Positions 61,385-64,000 of a stretch of 64,000 nucleotides of DNA are shown piece by piece. Under the pieces are notes generated by a model, which had not been told where the DNA came from, did no database searches, and saw nothing but the letters and a program-made list of their open reading frames with translations. The stretch is from Eledone cirrhosa. Its lineage: Eukaryota. The position numbers were made by a program, and so were the translations under genes. Positions within the stretch are counted from its first letter, which is position 1. Every line of letters starts with the position of its first letter. The stretch lies in assembly GCA_964016885.1 (NCBI GenBank), contig OZ024745.1, forward strand, positions 124,248,001 through 124,312,000, in the 5' to 3' direction.

Positions 61385-61498
61385 TGATAAACCTGATTTT
61401 TGTAAATTCGATATTATGTGAGATAATTAAGTAAGATAAAGCCTTCACTGTGAATATACAATAGTAAATATAGAGTAAGGTAAATGCTAAAGGGTTAA
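61385..61498. mobile_element. Partial piggyBac-like MITE (one end)
   Basis: ATTCGATATTATGTGAGATAATTA...TAAATGCTAAAGGG|TTAA. Confidence 0.7.
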
Positions 61499-61687
61499 AC
61501 ATATATATGAAGTGTTCACATCTGTTCTCAGTAGTGACACTATGTTGTCCGTTTCCTGATAGTTGTGATACTTGTCTAGTAAGTGAGATTTGACTGGTAT
61601 TTCTTGCATTTCTTGCAACTCCATGAATACATTTTTGTTTCCCTGTATCCATTTTAGTTTTTTAACAAATGAATACCACAGAAAAGG

Positions 61688-61845
61688 GTGGTGAATTGGT
61701 GAAGTTGTTAGAAAGTTAGATAGAGTGCTTTGCAGTATTCATTCCAGCTCTCTGCTCTCTCATTTCAAACCCTGCTGAGGTCAACTTTGCCTTTCATCCA
61801 TTTGAGGTCAATAAAAAGGAACCAGTCTACTACTGGGGTCAATTC
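61688..61845 (+). mobile_element. Diverged SINE family A-like copy
   Basis: GAGGTCAACTTTGCCTTTCATCCATTTGAGGTCAATAAAA...CCAGT..ACTGGGGTC. Confidence 0.7.
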
Positions 61846-62273
61846 TTTCTCTATATCACTTTTTCACTTTCTTTCTCTTACTGTCTATCCTTTTCTGGAA
61901 TAAATCTACTGAACCCAGGCCCGAAGAGGGGATGGGATCCACCAGGTTTTAAAATGCCCTAAGATATACTGTATGTCAATATGGTGCCTCTATGATTCTC
62001 TCAGAAGTTATAGGTCCATACAGTACCATCACAGAAGAAAAGTAGGTTCCTCCTTGCTGCATGGCATAGTCTTGCTACTTACTTTTGTGCTTAAAAATTA
62101 CGAGATATATATATATATTTTTTTTTTCTCGATGTGAATATAAGCTGAAATTTAATTTTTTAAGTTTTCAAATGGGGTTTAATCTCTGCAGGGTTTGAAA
62201 TGAGAGAGCAGAGAGCTGGAATGAATACTGCAAAGCACCCTATCCAACTTTCTAACAACTTCACTAATTTACA

Positions 62274-62494
62274 ACCCTTTAGTATTTAAACTGGCCATAT
62301 CCGGCCAAAATTATCTCACCTCTTTCTGTTCAAACTGGCCATAACTGGCTGCTCATACTGATGTTAAGGTATTGTCTTCAAAGTAAATAATATCAAAATC
62401 AGATTCGATATTATGGGAGATAATTATGTGAAATAAAGTGTTTACTGTGAAAATACAATAGTAAATATAAAGTAATGTAAATGCTAAAGGTTTA
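62274..62494. mobile_element. piggyBac-like MITE
   Basis: AACCCTTTAGTATTTA...TAAATGCTAAAGGTTTAA, with the same internal consensus as the other copies. Confidence 0.8.
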
Positions 62495-63571
62495 AAATGT
62501 TTAGTTTTACATGTATGATGTTAATTAAAAGAGGCACAAACTTCCAGTACTGTCCCTTCAATAAAATAGCAGTTTAGCTTATCAGATGAGTTGAAACGTG
62601 TACAAATGTAAGTTCTGCCCTAATATACACTAAGAAAATTGCTGCAGATTTGAGCTCTAGACCTCTCTGCAGATAATCTAATTTCATATTTGCTTCACAT
62701 CTTTTCATTACAAATAATAAAATGCAAGACATATATCTATACAAAAAATGGAAACTAGACTTATTATATTAGACTTTCATCAATTGTAATAGGGAACCAG
62801 CCCCATAGTTTCTAATACTAATGGTATTATGTTTGAGGTTAAAGAAATAATACCATACAATAAAACAAAATTTACATTAATGGGAGCTTGAAAAGTTAAA
62901 ATAATGAGAAATGGCAGAGAAGCTATTTATAAAAGTAATTCATTTAATGGTCGTTGCAGACATTTTCATTTCTTTTTTAAGACACAATTTAGAATGCATG
63001 GAATAAAGACATAAATAGTGATACTTACTTCATTGGCTTGTATTTCTTCTTATATTTTTAACTCATGGCTCATAAAGAGATAGGTCACTAGGAAGACACA
63101 AGACATCAATATAGGTAACAATGTTTTAGATTGAAAAATAGGATAGGATATTCAATAAAGGATAAATAAGAAGTATGATGGTTAACAAAATGTGAAATGG
63201 GGTCATTCTTTGAGAAAAAGAAAACGACTTATTGTAGCTGATTTCAGTAAGGGGGAAACTATATAAAATATTTATTGAAATTACAGGAAATATAATACAG
63301 TTTATAGTAATTTTTGTTGTTTAACATTGAATAAATAGCAACCAGAATATGTCAAGAGAGTGATTAAGTGTTTTTTGTTTATTTTAAAATAAATATTATA
63401 TTTAGATGTTAGAACTAGGGCGATATACTGAGGTACTATATTTTATATATCACTTGCTCCTCATGGAATTCCCCTCATTTGTTGCAGATCAGAGATCACA
63501 GGATTTTAGCCCGTCCTAGCATTATTGCTTCCTCCAATGGTGCTGAGCAGCATTGGTGGATGAGTTGGTGA

Positions 63572-64000
63572 GATCCCGCCGAGGTTAACTTTGCCTTTCA
63601 TCCTTACGGGGTCGATAAAATAAAGTACCAGTAATACACTGGGAAATTGCTGGCCTTGTGCCAAAAGTAGAAACAATTATCACTTATCACTTATTTATTT
63701 ATTTATTATTATTTATTTATTTATTCAGGGCAGTGGATTGGCAGTATCGGTAGAGCGTCAGACACCATGCTTTGCAGCACAGAGTTATGGCCCTTTACGT
63801 TCTGAGTTCAAATTCCACCGAGGTTAACTTTGCCTTTCATCCTTATGGGGTCGATAAAATGACGCACCAGTAATGCACTGGGTTATTTGCTGGCCTTGTG
63901 CCAAAAGTAGAAATAATTATTTATTTATTTATTGAGGGTGGTATATTGGCTGTATTGGTAGATTGTTGAACAACATGCTTTATGGTATGTAGATACGTCC
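63572..64000 (+). mobile_element. Cluster of SINE family A copies (63572-63676, 63728-63914, 63935-end)
   Basis: Family A consensus copies separated by (TTAT)n. Confidence 0.85.

Noticed and set aside
63488-63570. Possible exon after TTTGTTGCAG
   Set aside because: Only one frame is open, the peptide is unrecognisable, and the putative donor overlaps a SINE boundary.

Overview
This is AT-rich eukaryotic DNA, not prokaryotic. It is repeat-dominated intronic or intergenic sequence whose SINE families and (TA)n/(CA)n/(ATT)n microsatellite load resemble an octopus/cephalopod genome (inference from family resemblance, not a database result). No intact host protein-coding gene, rRNA or CRISPR array is supportable. 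All recognisable ORF pieces are transposon remnants. DNA elements: a mariner fold-back derivative, a decayed hAT transposase, an internally deleted Helitron with a PIF1 helicase fragment, and hAT-, Tigger- and piggyBac-like MITEs. Non-LTR retroelements: RTE, CR1, Tx1/L1, CRE and R4/Dong-like fragments, plus about 35 copies of three SINE families. The structure least explained by these calls is a set of short fold-back elements inside microsatellites that look like Penelope-type insertions with inverted 5' ends. One family is a 244-bp tandem, circularly permuted unit carrying a complete tRNA-like cloverleaf. Some others carry degenerate hammerhead-like motifs. Several SINEs appear to have inserted serially into the same target site. 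Coordinates were read by eye, so boundaries of decayed elements are approximate.
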